From Lytechinus pictus (Eukaryota), in contig NC_087250.1 in NCBI RefSeq assembly GCF_037042905.1, positions 26,476,001 through 26,540,000 of the forward strand: a stretch of DNA of 64,000 bases, in the 5' to 3' direction. The translations under genes were made by a program, and so were the position numbers. The number at the start of each line of letters is the position of its first letter. Within the stretch, counting starts at the first letter, position 1. This document shows positions 63,482 through 64,000 of the stretch, piece after piece. The notes below the pieces were generated by a model. The model made no database searches, was not told the origin of the DNA, and was given only the letters and a program-made list of their open reading frames with translations.

Positions 63482-64000
63482 CTATGAAAGAATAGAGGAA
63501 AGGATGTTACACTTTGTTTTTAAGAAATTTAGTGGGTATTCCATGGACAGTGGTTGTCTTGACAAGTTGCCGGATCTGACAATTTTCCTTGATTGTGACT
63601 GAGAAGCACTTTTAAATGACTTTCATGAAACACACCAATGGACGGTCTCAAGCTATATATGCAAGAATATGTATACGTGTGTGTATACAACAAATTAATG
63701 TATAAACTTATGAATCTCATTGGCTGAGGGCAACTATTTCAATGTAAATCGGTCAGTGACAATTATAATTATAATGAAATGCCTCTAATGAAGTATCTCA
63801 TGAAGTATCTTCAAAGAGAGAAATACAAATGACTACCAAAACGGGGCAGAATACCATACCTAACATAATTGGGAGATCTTCCTTGAGGTTAAATGTCAGA
63901 AAATAAATATTTTGTCTTATTTTGTTTCTCTCTGGGATAATCCAAGGTTGATTGTGATTGTCAAATTCATTAATTTGCTAAGCTATTACTTTAAAAAATG

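Overview
AT-rich, repeat-dense eukaryotic DNA. The repeat repertoire (tRNA-derived SINEs, many MITEs, microsatellites) and gene content suggest an echinoderm such as a sea urchin; that assignment is inference. Three spliced genes can be reconstructed by hand. (1) A 10-exon + strand gene (19875-38562, about 768 aa) encodes death domain - possible TRADD-N-like domain - death domain - tyrosine-motif linker - partial death domain - truncated NACHT-like domain with destroyed Walker A/B motifs and no LRRs, i.e. an NLR-derived pseudo-ATPase or adaptor. (2) A + strand TRIM-like coiled-coil/beta-propeller gene (48242-53775) has no visible RING or B-box. (3) The last two exons of a - strand SLC7A9-like amino acid transporter lie at 62642-63481. 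Non-coding highlights are an inverted pair of minimal Penelope-type hammerhead ribozymes (10835-10981), a second degenerate pair (~21205-21366), three 20-27 bp CATGGA...TCCATG palindromes with 7-8 bp target-site duplications that resemble P-element excision footprints, a 6-kb foldback element with ~1.06-kb inverted repeats enclosing a Gypsy pol relic, and a local segmental duplication showing filled and empty TE sites. All calls come from manual reading; no searches were run.
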